DNA of 64,000 bases. Source: Syntrophorhabdaceae bacterium. GTDB lineage: Bacteria; Desulfobacterota; Syntrophorhabdia; Syntrophorhabdales; Syntrophorhabdaceae. Made by a program: the position numbers and the translations under genes. The notes below the pieces were generated by a model. That model saw nothing but the letters and a program-made list of their open reading frames with translations. It was not told the DNA's origin and searched no databases. Below are positions 10,451-19,865 of this stretch, in pieces (position 1 is the first letter of the stretch; each line of letters opens with the position of its first letter). The DNA is taken from contig OY762209.1 in NCBI GenBank assembly GCA_963665295.1, positions 2,688,001 through 2,752,000 of the forward strand. The letters are read 5' to 3'.

Positions 10451-11626
10451 GTGCGGCCGACCGTTAAGCCCCTCATCTACGTGGACAACGCCGCGACCAC
10501 TTTCCCGAAGCCCCACGACGTCCTGGCGGAGATGTTCGAGATCTACGAGGCCAAAGGCGTATCCCCCGGCAGGGGGAGCTATGACCTGAGCGTCGAGGCC
10601 GAAGAGCGTGTTGACAAAGTGAGAAGGCAGGTATCGGCGTTCTTCGGCGGTGACGACCCCTCGCGCGTGGCCTTCACCTATAACGCGACGGACGCGCTTA
10701 ATCTACTCATTCAGGGGCTTGTCGAGCCGGGCTCCCACGTGGTCAGCTCCCGGCTTGAGCACAATTCAGTGCTCCGGCCCCTGCACCATTTTGCAGAGCG
10801 GGGGGTGATAGGCCTGACCCTTGTGCCATTTGACGGCCAGGGCTTCATTGACCCCACGGACGTGGCGCGTGCGATTACGCCGAAGACCCGACGCGTGGTC
10901 CTTGTTCACGGCTCAAACGCACTGGGAACGGTACAACCGGTGGAATCCATCGGCGCCCTGTGCGCGGAGCGCAATGTGCCGCTCATTCTCGATATCACCC
11001 AGACGGCGGGTATCGTGCCCGTTGACATGGGGAAATGGGGTGTGAGCGCGCTGGCTTTTACGGGTCACAAATCGCTTTACGGTCCGACGGGGATCGGAGG
11101 GCTTGTGCTCAGTCGAGGTCTTGACGTCCGCACTACCAGGTTTGGCGGCACGGGGCTCAATTCAGCGAGCACCGTTCATTCACAGGCCTATCCGCAACGG
11201 CTTGAAGCGGGCACCATCAACATCCTGGGCGTGATCGGCCTTTCCGCCGGGATCCGTTACGTGGAAAGGCAGGGGCTGTCCAACCTCTATTCGCGCGAGA
11301 TGGCCCTCACCAGGCAACTCCGCGACGGCCTGTCTCTTCTGAGGGGGGTGCGGCTCTACTGCGCAGGGTCTCTCGCGAACCACCTGCCCATACTGCTCGC
11401 CGATATTGAAGGTATGGACTCCGAGCAGGTCAGCGCCATCCTGGACGGCGATTTCGGCATCGCCACCAGGGGTGGGCTTCATTGCGCTCCCTTGGTCCAC
11501 CAGGACCTGGGGACGAGCCCCGGAGGCGGGATACGGTTCAGTCTGGGAGCTTTCAACACCGCCGGCGAGATCGACAGGATACTCGAAGCGATGGCCTCCA
11601 TATGCCGATGGAGTGCGAGCCGGTAA
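10451..11626 (+). CDS. Cysteine desulfurase family protein (second copy)
   Basis: YVDNAATT, LEHNSV, FTGHK, RGGLHCAP. GTG start shortly after the tusE-like stop. Confidence 0.92.
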   Translation: MRPTVKPLIYVDNAATTFPKPHDVLAEMFEIYEAKGVSPGRGSYDLSVEAEERVDKVRRQVSAFFGGDDPSRVAFTYNATDALNLLIQGLVEPGSHVVSSRLEHNSVLRPLHHFAERGVIGLTLVPFDGQGFIDPTDVARAITPKTRRVVLVHGSNALGTVQPVESIGALCAERNVPLILDITQTAGIVPVDMGKWGVSALAFTGHKSLYGPTGIGGLVLSRGLDVRTTRFGGTGLNSASTVHSQAYPQRLEAGTINILGVIGLSAGIRYVERQGLSNLYSREMALTRQLRDGLSLLRGVRLYCAGSLANHLPILLADIEGMDSEQVSAILDGDFGIATRGGLHCAPLVHQDLGTSPGGGIRFSLGAFNTAGEIDRILEAMASICRWSASR

Positions 11627-11769
11627 TACCCTCCTGGCCCGTGACCGGCGCCGGCGAAACCCGTCCGGCGAGGAAGCGAACATAGTCGCGGGAGGAAGCA
11701 AAGAAACGGATCCGTTTGATATTTATTCAACTGGCTGGGTCGATGCCCATCGCCACGGCCGCCGCAAGG

Positions 11770-11983
11770 ATGAAATATGACCTCCTTCACCTTCCGGTCA
11801 AAAAGATCGTCTACCATGAAGGTCTTGAGTCCGACGAGAAAGGGCGAAGGCAAGGGAAAATAAAAATGGATCTATGGGAATTGCCTCCCATAGATCCCAA
11901 AGATTTGAACTCAACAAACGGGGTTTGCTGAGAGTCTTACATGGCTCCCCGGGCAGGACTCGAACCTGCAACCTACTGGTTAA
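11770..11983 (+). pseudogene. Probable C-terminal remnant of a tRNA-targeting recombinase (large serine recombinase-like)
   Basis: LLHLPVKKIVY...KIKMDLWE..; with one extra G at about 11920 the frame continues GFAESLTWLPGQDSNLQPTG* antisense through the tRNA 3' half. Confidence 0.45.
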
Positions 11984-12018
11984 CAGCCAGCCGCTACTGC
12001 CGATTGAGCTACCGAGGA
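11942..12018 (-). tRNA. tRNA-Asn (GTT)
   Basis: Reverse complement TCCTCGG-TAGCTCAATCGGCAGTAGC-G-GCTGG-CTGTTAA-CCAGT-AGGTT-GCAGG-TTCGAGT-CCTGC-CCGGGGA-GCCA folds as a cloverleaf with encoded CCA. Confidence 0.96.
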
Positions 12019-12248
12019 ACGAAAGTAACGGTAAACAGTAAACTACAAAATTGACCCGGTGTCAAGGATTACTTGCTTTCTCCCGGTGGGCGGGACAGGA
12101 GTTTTTGAAGCCCGTATCGCTTCCCGGCTCCGACCGGTCGAAGGAAGCGAGGCCCCGCGCCCGCGGGCCGACTTGATTTCCTGAAAGAAAGGTCATATTA
12201 TGGCTCTAGGGAATCATTGGTTATACGGAAGAAAAGCGGAGGGCGATC

Positions 12249-13283
12249 GTGACCGTAGGCATAGTGAGGCATGAGATCTACCTGGAGCACATGAATGAAG
12301 ACTACCATCCGGAAAGCCCGGAGAGACTGACCCATGTTTACAGGACGCTGGACGAGATGGGGAAGGACGGGTTGGCGTACATCCCTCCGAGGCCGGCGAC
12401 TCATGAAGAGGTGGCCCTCATTCACGAGCCCGCATATATAGAGTCCGTAGCCGCCACAAAGGGGAGGGCCTACACGAGGCTCGATCCGGATACCGCCACT
12501 TCGCCGAAGTCCTACGAGGCAGCTTTAATGGCAGTGGGCGGAGTGCTGGAGCTTCTCGACAGCATGGAGAAGTCCCGGGTGAAATCGGGGTTTGCCCTCG
12601 TGAGACCTCCGGGACACCACGCCGAGAGGTCGCGGGCCATGGGATTTTGCCTCTTTAACAACATAGCTATAGGCGCCCGCTATGTACAGAGGAAATATGG
12701 CCTGAAACGGATACTCATCGCAGATTTCGATCTTCACCATGGGAACGGGACGCAGCACAGCTTTTACCACGACCGGGAGGTGCTTTACTTCTCGGCGCAT
12801 CAGTACCCCCATTACCCCGGTACGGGAGGTATCAGAGAGACGGGAGACGGAGACGGCCGGGGATACACGGTAAATGTCCCCCTCTCATACGGAATGGGGG
12901 ATGATGATTACGAATACGTCTTCAGAAACATCCTTGTGCCTGTGGCGGACCTCTATGAACCTGAGATCGTGCTCGTGTCCGCGGGGTTTGACGCATACTA
13001 CAACGATCCCCTGGGCGGCATGACCGTCACGGAGCAGGGATTTGCGGTCATGACGCGGATTTTGCTCGATATCGCGGAGAAACACTGCAAGGGCAAGGTG
13101 GCCTGTGCCCTTGAAGGCGGATATGATGTACAGGGGTTGGCTGGTTCGGTGAAGGCGGTGATCCTCGAACTCAAGGGAATAACCGCCATCAGTCCGCATA
13201 GAGAAATAAGCCCGTCGGAGGAGACCTTGCAGGTTGTGGAAAAGGTGAAGGGCGCGTTGAAGCCCTTCTGGGCAGAGCTTTAG
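12249..13283 (+). CDS. Zn-dependent histone deacetylase family protein (AcuC/AphA-like)
   Basis: HPESPERL, RPPGHHA, GFCLFNN, DFDLHHGNGTQ, SAGFDA, LEGGY. Confidence 0.95.
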   Translation: MTVGIVRHEIYLEHMNEDYHPESPERLTHVYRTLDEMGKDGLAYIPPRPATHEEVALIHEPAYIESVAATKGRAYTRLDPDTATSPKSYEAALMAVGGVLELLDSMEKSRVKSGFALVRPPGHHAERSRAMGFCLFNNIAIGARYVQRKYGLKRILIADFDLHHGNGTQHSFYHDREVLYFSAHQYPHYPGTGGIRETGDGDGRGYTVNVPLSYGMGDDDYEYVFRNILVPVADLYEPEIVLVSAGFDAYYNDPLGGMTVTEQGFAVMTRILLDIAEKHCKGKVACALEGGYDVQGLAGSVKAVILELKGITAISPHREISPSEETLQVVEKVKGALKPFWAEL

Positions 13284-13286
13284 CCT

Positions 13287-13565
13287 CTACCTTTTCCAGA
13301 TCATGTCTTTCAGCTCTTTACCGACTTTGAAATAGGGAAGTTTTTTCGGTTCTACGTTTACCACGTCGCCGCTCTTGGGGTTGCGACCTTTGTATGCCTT
13401 ATACTGTCTCAGGGAGAAGTTTCCGAACCCTCTTATTTCCACTCTCTTACCGTCAACTATTGCCTTCTTTATCGTGTCGAGGATGTTGTCTACCGCTATC
13501 TTTGCTATTTTCTGGTTAAGCTTAAGGTCTTCCGCGAGCTTATTGATTATATCCGTTTTATTCAT
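13287..13565 (-). CDS. HU/IHF family DNA-binding protein
   Basis: MNKTDII..., RVEIRGFGNF, GRNPKSG, PYFKVGKELK. Confidence 0.95.
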   Translation of the reverse strand: MNKTDIINKLAEDLKLNQKIAKIAVDNILDTIKKAIVDGKRVEIRGFGNFSLRQYKAYKGRNPKSGDVVNVEPKKLPYFKVGKELKDMIWKR

Positions 13566-13577
13566 TTTCAGTACCTC

Positions 13578-14402
13578 CTATTGATTTTCCACTGTGTATT
13601 GATACGCGTTCCTGAATATCCCAAGGCCGTCTCCTTCTTCCCGCAATTCTTCCCTTGTCCACCTCGGGTGCTGTGTGCAGGTGACGTATGCCTCCGGATG
13701 AGGCATGAGCCCGAATATTCTCCCTGTAGCGTCACAAATGCCTGCTATGGCTTCCACCGACCCATTCGGGTTATCGGGGTAAGCGAGGGTAATCTCTCCC
13801 GATTCATCAGTGTACCGCAGGGCTATATGTCCATTTTGCCGGGCCCTGGTCAGATTGTCGGGGGTGTCGAAGACGAACTTGCCCTCCCCATGCCTTACGG
13901 GGAGGTAGAGTTTATCCATATTTTTCGTAAAGATGCAACGGGAAAGACCGTCAACCCTGAGGTGTACCCACCGATCCTCAAATTTGCCGGAATCGTTGAA
14001 GGTGAGGGTCACGGACTGGGTGCCGTATTTGCCGTCGAGGCCGGGAAGCAGCCCCGTCTTCACGAGAAGCTGAAACCCGTTGCAGATACCGAGGATGATC
14101 TTGCCGTCGGCAACGAACTTCAGGGCCTCGTCGATAAACCGTTTCCCTTTGTCTCCGATCTCCTGGTACTTCCATCTCACCGCCTGCGCCTTGGCGGCTC
14201 CGAGGTCGTCCCCATCAAGGAAACCGCCGGGGAGATTGAGGAAAGAATACTTGTGTATGATCCCGGGATTTTCCATGAGCGCGTTTATATGGAGCAGGTC
14301 CGCGTGGAACCCTGTCAATCTGTGGGCATGAGCGGTCTCATACTCGCAGTTTATCCCGTTTCCGAACAGCACCAGACTTCTTGGCGATTTTGTTTTCATC
14401 AT
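13578..14402 (-). CDS. purQ: Phosphoribosylformylglycinamidine synthase glutaminase subunit
   Basis: GINCEYET, PGGFLDGD, LGICNGFQ, HGEGKF, NPNGS, GLMPHPE. Confidence 0.93.
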   Translation of the reverse strand: MMKTKSPRSLVLFGNGINCEYETAHAHRLTGFHADLLHINALMENPGIIHKYSFLNLPGGFLDGDDLGAAKAQAVRWKYQEIGDKGKRFIDEALKFVADGKIILGICNGFQLLVKTGLLPGLDGKYGTQSVTLTFNDSGKFEDRWVHLRVDGLSRCIFTKNMDKLYLPVRHGEGKFVFDTPDNLTRARQNGHIALRYTDESGEITLAYPDNPNGSVEAIAGICDATGRIFGLMPHPEAYVTCTQHPRWTREELREEGDGLGIFRNAYQYTVENQ

Positions 14403-15208
14403 GTTGCGTAACTATGTAAGCCCGATAAGATAAAATTTACCCCAAAATAGGTAAATATGACACTCAAAAAACCGACTATGGAAACCATGGCAATCCTTTT
14501 ACCTTTCCAGCCCTTTACGAGCCGCGCATGGAGATAGAGGGCATATACGATCCACGTGATCAGTGACCACGTCTCCTTGGGGTCCCAACTCCAATAGGAG
14601 CCCCAGGCGTAATGAGCCCATACTGCACCAGTTAGTATACCAGCACTCAGCATCGGAAATCCAACAATAATGCTTCGATAATTAATTTCGTCCAGTGTTT
14701 CGCCGGAAGGCACGACGCCTTTCCACTTTACAAGGTAGAGAAGTCCGGCGATGAAGGACACGGCAAAGGCCGCATAGGCAAGGAAACATGTTATCACATG
14801 TACATGAAGCCAGTTGCTCTGCAGGGCGGGGACAAGAGGCTGGATGCCCTTCTGCACCGAGGGAGACAGGGAAGCATAGGCCATGAAAAAGAGGGAGACG
14901 AGAGATGCCAGGCATGTGACCGGAGGAAAGGCGAGGCGCTTCTTCATCACGATGAGGATGAAGCTTACGGACCACGCGAAAAAGATCAGGGATTCGTAAA
15001 AGTTGGAGAGGGGAACGTGGCCGATGCCTATCCGGTAGGATTCCACCCACCGGAAGATGAGTCCTGCCGTGTGGAGGCCGAGGGTGATGTAGAGGACCCA
15101 CCACATGACGGCCATGAGTTTCTGCTTCCCCGTGGCGAAGTAGAGGACGTGAATGAAGAATACAAGAAGATACAGAAGCGTGACGAGGCCGAGTACCTTA
15201 TGATTCAT
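14399..15208 (-). CDS. Cytochrome c biogenesis System II heme lyase (CcsA/ResC family)
   Basis: WGSYWSWDPKETW (WWD motif), PALQSNWLHVH, GLHSYA. Confidence 0.95.
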   Translation of the reverse strand: MNHKVLGLVTLLYLLVFFIHVLYFATGKQKLMAVMWWVLYITLGLHTAGLIFRWVESYRIGIGHVPLSNFYESLIFFAWSVSFILIVMKKRLAFPPVTCLASLVSLFFMAYASLSPSVQKGIQPLVPALQSNWLHVHVITCFLAYAAFAVSFIAGLLYLVKWKGVVPSGETLDEINYRSIIVGFPMLSAGILTGAVWAHYAWGSYWSWDPKETWSLITWIVYALYLHARLVKGWKGKRIAMVSIVGFLSVIFTYFGVNFILSGLHSYAT

Positions 15209-16514
15209 TGCCGCCCATCCTTGTCTTGAGACCTGCGAATTCTTCCCTGAACGCCTCTTTCCTTCGGGGCGCGGAACCTGCCACTATCACGCCGATCGAT
15301 CCCTTTCTCACATAGATCCTGCGGTGATAGGTGAAGAAATTTACATAGAGACCTATAAGCATCATCGCAAATCCCGTCCACACGATCCATATGCCGGGGT
15401 CTTTCGACACTTCGAGGCCCGTGTAAAAATCATCCTTGATATTCTCAAGCCTTACCGGCACTCCCTGGAGGTCTTTCTCCCGGAGTTTTTCCACGTTCTT
15501 CAAGAACCATGAGGTCTTGGGCTGACCGTCATTCAAATATGCGATAAGGACTCCGGGGCCGAAGTCGTGGACCGCGCTCTCGAATCGCACCACCATGAGG
15601 AGCAGATCCCCTTTCCTGAAGGTCTCCCGTTCCCTTAAAATAACATTTTCGCCCCCAATATTAAAGAGGAATGAGGGCGTCCGCCCGTAGCTTGCCTGGT
15701 ACACGTGGATGCCTTTGTAACTGAGAGGGTCGTTGACCCGTACCTTTTTTTCCGTGACCACCTTTCCCTTGTCGATCACCTTCAGGGTGCTTACGTAATC
15801 CTTCGGCTCGCCGCCGGGGTAGAAGGCGACCTTGAAATCTTCGCACTTCAGGGAGAATCCAAGGGCCTGCTCCCTGGCATTGTCCCCCCTCAGGGAAATG
15901 CGGTCTTTTGTCTCCCCCTGGGTGAGGACCATATAACCTTTATAACCCCCCATGTCTCCCACGAAGCCGCCCAGGAGGATGAGAATAATACTCGTATGGA
16001 TTATGAAGACGCCATACCGTGATAAGGCGCCCTTTTCGAAGACCGCGCCGCCTGTCACGGAAAGGCGCGTATATGTCTTCCTGAGGAACTCCTCCACGGC
16101 GGTTTCACTCTTTCCCTCCACATAAAAATGCATCTCCATTCTCTGGAGGGTCTCTTCGGCGGGGACTTCCACGGGCTTACGGTCGGACCTTATAAACCTG
16201 CGGAACCGTCCCAGGGTACAGAGGGAGAGGTTCACCACAAAGAGAATCACAAGTCCGTAAAACCATGGTGAATGGTAGGTGTCATCCAAATTGAAAAACC
16301 TTATGAACCTGAATGTGCTTTCGGAATAGAGGGTAAGATATTCCTCCAGCGGGGCCTTCTGCTTTATCACCGTCCCGAAAATTGAACCGACGGCGATCAA
16401 AGAGAGGAGCAGTATGGTAAACCTTACCGAAGAGAGGAAGTCATATATCCCGGCCATCGCCCCCTTTTCGGGGGCGGAACCGGTACTCCCGGAACTACTT
16501 TTTGTGACACTCAT
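15198..16514 (-). CDS. resB: Cytochrome c biogenesis protein ResB/Ccs1
   Basis: SSVRFTILLL, YHSPWF, VNDPLSYKG..YQASY, DPG..IVWTG; adjacent to the ccsA-like gene. Confidence 0.92.
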   Translation of the reverse strand: MSVTKSSSGSTGSAPEKGAMAGIYDFLSSVRFTILLLSLIAVGSIFGTVIKQKAPLEEYLTLYSESTFRFIRFFNLDDTYHSPWFYGLVILFVVNLSLCTLGRFRRFIRSDRKPVEVPAEETLQRMEMHFYVEGKSETAVEEFLRKTYTRLSVTGGAVFEKGALSRYGVFIIHTSIILILLGGFVGDMGGYKGYMVLTQGETKDRISLRGDNAREQALGFSLKCEDFKVAFYPGGEPKDYVSTLKVIDKGKVVTEKKVRVNDPLSYKGIHVYQASYGRTPSFLFNIGGENVILRERETFRKGDLLLMVVRFESAVHDFGPGVLIAYLNDGQPKTSWFLKNVEKLREKDLQGVPVRLENIKDDFYTGLEVSKDPGIWIVWTGFAMMLIGLYVNFFTYHRRIYVRKGSIGVIVAGSAPRRKEAFREEFAGLKTRMGGNES

Positions 16515-16875
16515 TACATTTTACAGGTGCACTCACGCCTTTCTTTACGCTCTCCTTGTGGCAGGTCTGACATTGTTTGTGAAACGCATCCTTGGCAATG
16601 GGGGCCCCGTCCTTCGCGTCCTTCAGGAGATGGCACTGGAGGCAGCTTTCATACTCTTTACCTTCCTTTGCCTTGTGGTGGCACACGGTGCATCCAATCT
16701 TCGCCTTGTCTACGTGGGTAGGGTGGGAGAAAGCCACGGGGGCCATCTTTGCCCCTTCGAGCTTGAGGGAGGCTGTTTCGCCGGGCGCCTTCTGGGCCCA
16801 CGCGAGACCGCACAGAGAAAGGACCAGAACAGACATAAAGAACGGTGTCAGGTATCTGAAGATTGTATGTTTCAC
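16495..16875 (-). CDS. Periplasmic tetraheme cytochrome c3 (class III)
   Basis: Signal peptide, FSHPTH, four CXXCH motifs (CTVCH, CLQCH, CQTCH, CNECH), AFHKQC. Confidence 0.92.
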   Translation of the reverse strand: MKHTIFRYLTPFFMSVLVLSLCGLAWAQKAPGETASLKLEGAKMAPVAFSHPTHVDKAKIGCTVCHHKAKEGKEYESCLQCHLLKDAKDGAPIAKDAFHKQCQTCHKESVKKGVSAPVKCNECHKK

Positions 16876-17173
16876 GGTGCACCTCCGAGGTTTATTTTTG
16901 ACATATTAGCTCGAATAATGCTGTAAAGTCAAGGCAATATGGACCCGCCCTCATTTTCGGAGGGATACTGCTCCCTCGTGAAATAAAGAAAAGAGAGGAC
17001 CTCGTCGTTATCGCGGTAAAGACACTGTAAACGATAAACAAGGGCCACCCGTGAGCGGGACCCGGGGCCCGGGATATACACGTTTTGGGGCAGGCCGGAA
17101 GGTCCTTCCATAGATAGAGTATTGTGCCTCGGCGGGGTAATGTCAACGAAAAGAGACAGATTCCCCGTTGTCT

Positions 17174-17926
17174 CTACTTGTCCTGTTTCTTCCGGAGCCT
17201 GTCCGCGGGAACGGGGGCGTCCATGGGGTAAATGGGGTTGGCCAGGGTCCACCACCCGGCCCTTTCGGACCTTGAAAACTCGATCCTTGTCACGTATTTG
17301 ATGCTTTTGTAGGCGAGATCATAGGGCGAGACTACCCGACAAGGCGCTCCGTGCTCATGGGGGAGCGGTTTGCCGTCGAGGGTGAGGGCAAGAAGGCAAC
17401 CCTTTTTCGGGTCGAGGAGATGAGAGACAGGGAAGGATTCCACATAGTACCTCTGTCCTCCCGGTTGGGACGATGTTTCTCCAAGGGCGTGGAATACGGC
17501 GTATTTTGCCTCGCTTCTCACTCCGGCCCTTCGTGCGATCTCATCGAACCGTATGCCTCCCCAGGATACGTCTTTTACCGACCAGCCTTCCACGCAATGA
17601 AAGTCTGAAACCTGCGTCACCCGGGGCATAGCCGTCAAGTCGTCGTAGGTGAGACGGAGGGGTCTTTCGACAAGGCCGTCAACGAGTAACCCGTAGGGCT
17701 CGGCGTTATTCCCCTTGCCCCTGAGGACCATACCCGTCTTCGGGTCGAACCGGAAAGTATCCTTTTCCACGGTGCGCACGGGAAAGGAGCGGATAAAAAA
17801 GGCGCGTAGCGATGACGGGATGGACAGGAAGAGGGATACCACGGCCAAGGAAAAGAGGAATAGCCGTCTTCCCACGCTCCGGCCGTCCGAGGGTATGGGT
17901 CTGGTGGGTTCAACCGCCACAGTCAC
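17174..17926 (-). CDS. Tat-exported sulfite-oxidase-family molybdopterin oxidoreductase (MsrP/YuiH-like)
   Basis: GRRLFL Tat motif, DFHCVEGWS, HGAPCRVV, YKSIKYVTRIE, GWW. Confidence 0.88.
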   Translation of the reverse strand: MTVAVEPTRPIPSDGRSVGRRLFLFSLAVVSLFLSIPSSLRAFFIRSFPVRTVEKDTFRFDPKTGMVLRGKGNNAEPYGLLVDGLVERPLRLTYDDLTAMPRVTQVSDFHCVEGWSVKDVSWGGIRFDEIARRAGVRSEAKYAVFHALGETSSQPGGQRYYVESFPVSHLLDPKKGCLLALTLDGKPLPHEHGAPCRVVSPYDLAYKSIKYVTRIEFSRSERAGWWTLANPIYPMDAPVPADRLRKKQDK

Positions 17927-18135
17927 CGCGTCACCCTGCTGACCGTGTATCCCGCCGCCTCTATGGCAGCCTCGATATCTTCCCTTTTCACCCGCGTCTC
18001 GTCGAAGTGCACAGCAGCAGTCCCGAGGCTCACCTCGGAGTCCCTGATCCCGCCCAGGGTTTCAAGCGCTTTTCGGACCTGCATAACACAATGCTCGCAA
18101 CTCATCCCTTCAATCCTGATGACAATCTCACGCAT
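17923..18135 (-). CDS. CopZ-like heavy-metal-associated domain protein
   Basis: IEGMSCEHC...AIEAAGY. Confidence 0.92.
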   Translation of the reverse strand: MREIVIRIEGMSCEHCVMQVRKALETLGGIRDSEVSLGTAAVHFDETRVKREDIEAAIEAAGYTVSRVTR

Positions 18136-18181
18136 GGCACACTGCCCCCTTTCTCTCGCGATTCAGGAACATAAGTCCTGT

Positions 18182-18520
18182 CTACCCGGATTGCAAGGAA
18201 GGCCGGTCTGTTTCGTCGAGCACCCATTTCAGATATGCGGGAAGCCCCGTCTCGATGGTGACGGCGACTATCTCGGGCACCTCATAGGCATGGAGCCGCC
18301 CTATCTCCGCCTCGATCTCTCCGTAAAGGGACCTTCTGCTTTTGATTACGCACAACCATTCCTGAGTTTCCTCGACTTTACCTTTCCACCGGTATATACT
18401 TTTCATGGGGCCCACGATCTGAGCGCACGACGCGAGCCTTTTTTCCACAAGGGTTCTGCCGATCAATTCGACGGCCTCTTTTCTATCCGCTGTAGTGGTG
18501 ATCTGTATAAGCTCTTCCAT
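18182..18520 (-). CDS. cutA: Divalent-cation tolerance protein CutA
   Basis: LVEKRLASC, SIYRWKGKVE, HAYEVPEI, YLKW. Confidence 0.95.
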   Translation of the reverse strand: MEELIQITTTADRKEAVELIGRTLVEKRLASCAQIVGPMKSIYRWKGKVEETQEWLCVIKSRRSLYGEIEAEIGRLHAYEVPEIVAVTIETGLPAYLKWVLDETDRPSLQSG

Positions 18521-18606
18521 GGGGACCCCTTTTTTGTTACAATAGATTTATCTTGAAATTATAGTGAATTTCATATATTTTTTCTATTCTACAATTAGGA
18601 GTTGGC

Positions 18607-19197
18607 ATGTTTCAGGTTAAAGACGGCGATTCAATAATACTGGCAAGCGAATCCACCCGAAGGGTTGATATATTGAGGAGTCTGGGCATATCCTTCTCGA
18701 TCATTCCCCCTGATATCGACGAACGGAGGAGGCGCGACGAGACTCCGAGAGAGTTCGTGCTGCGGGTGTCCTATGAGAAGGCACAGAAGGTGGGCGAACA
18801 TTTTCCCGAGAAATGGGTGATCGGGGCCGACACCATAGTGGTGTACAAAGGCAAAGTCCTCGGAAAGCCGAAGGATGATGCAGACGCATTCAACATGCTG
18901 AAATCGTTACGGGGCAAGTGGCACAAGGTGATGACCGGCTACTGCGTTCTCAACGCATCGAAGGATATCATGTACCGTGACGCAGTGGAGACCAGGGTCT
19001 TTGTGCGAGACCTGTCCGACGACGAGATAATACGATACATTAAGACATCGGAACCGCAGGGCAAGGCGGGCTCCTATGCCGTCCAGGGCAAGGGCGGTTA
19101 CATGGTGAAGGAGATTAAAGGCTCATATTCGAACGTGGTGGGCCTGCCTATCTGTGAGGTTGCGGAAGTGTTGATGTCGCTGGGCGTTCTTTCGTGA
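18607..19197 (+). CDS. maf: Maf-family nucleotide pyrophosphatase
   Basis: ILASESTRR, IGADTIV, LGKP, KAGSYAVQG, GSYSNVVGLP. Confidence 0.95.
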   Translation: MFQVKDGDSIILASESTRRVDILRSLGISFSIIPPDIDERRRRDETPREFVLRVSYEKAQKVGEHFPEKWVIGADTIVVYKGKVLGKPKDDADAFNMLKSLRGKWHKVMTGYCVLNASKDIMYRDAVETRVFVRDLSDDEIIRYIKTSEPQGKAGSYAVQGKGGYMVKEIKGSYSNVVGLPICEVAEVLMSLGVLS

Positions 19198-19865
19198 AGG
19201 ATATAAAAGACACAATAGGGAATATAAGGGAGCGGATAGAAGGCGCTCTTGCCCGGTCAGGCAGACAGGGTTCCCATGTACTGCTCATTGGCGTTACGAA
19301 GAGAGTCGATGGGGAAAGAATAAAAGAGGCACTCCGGGCAGGGCTCAACGATTTCGGAGAAAACTACATTCAGGAAGCGAGGGGGAAGATCGAAGGGTTT
19401 GGGGAGAAGGCGCGCTGGCATATGATCGGCCACATCCAGACGAACAAACTCAAGTACATACCCGGACTTTTTGATTACGTCCATTCAATAGACAGGTGGG
19501 AGCTTGCGGAAGGTCTCGATAAATATGGGAAACCCTTAAACATCCTTTTCGAGCTCAATCTCTCCGGGGAGGCGTCCAAGCACGGGACCGGGGAAGACAA
19601 CCTCAAGCGCATGCTGGAAAGAGTGACGACCCTGGCGCACGTGAAGCCCGTGGGGCTTATGACCATGGCGCCCTATGTGGATGATCCGGAGGAAGTGAGG
19701 GAGATATTCAAGGGCTTAAGAGAAATCCGTGACCGGGTCAACAGGGAGTTCGGTCTCCATATGACTGAACTGTCCATGGGTATGTCGTCCGATTTCGAAG
19801 TTGCAGTTGAGGAAGGCGCTACCATGGTGAGGGTCGGCACCGCCATTTTCGGGGAGAGAGCATGA
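19194..19865 (+). CDS. yggS: PLP homeostasis protein YggS
   Basis: GVTK, FGENYIQE, WHMIGHIQTNK, LSMGMSSDF, VRVGTAIFG. Confidence 0.96.
   Translation: MKDIKDTIGNIRERIEGALARSGRQGSHVLLIGVTKRVDGERIKEALRAGLNDFGENYIQEARGKIEGFGEKARWHMIGHIQTNKLKYIPGLFDYVHSIDRWELAEGLDKYGKPLNILFELNLSGEASKHGTGEDNLKRMLERVTTLAHVKPVGLMTMAPYVDDPEEVREIFKGLREIRDRVNREFGLHMTELSMGMSSDFEVAVEEGATMVRVGTAIFGERA

Noticed and set aside
1..11626. Selenocysteine (in-frame UGA) recoding in the molybdoenzyme and sulfur-relay genes
   Set aside because: I saw no UGA at a conserved Cys position. The tusE-like gene ends in TAG after a normal Cys, and the oxidoreductase split is a frameshift.
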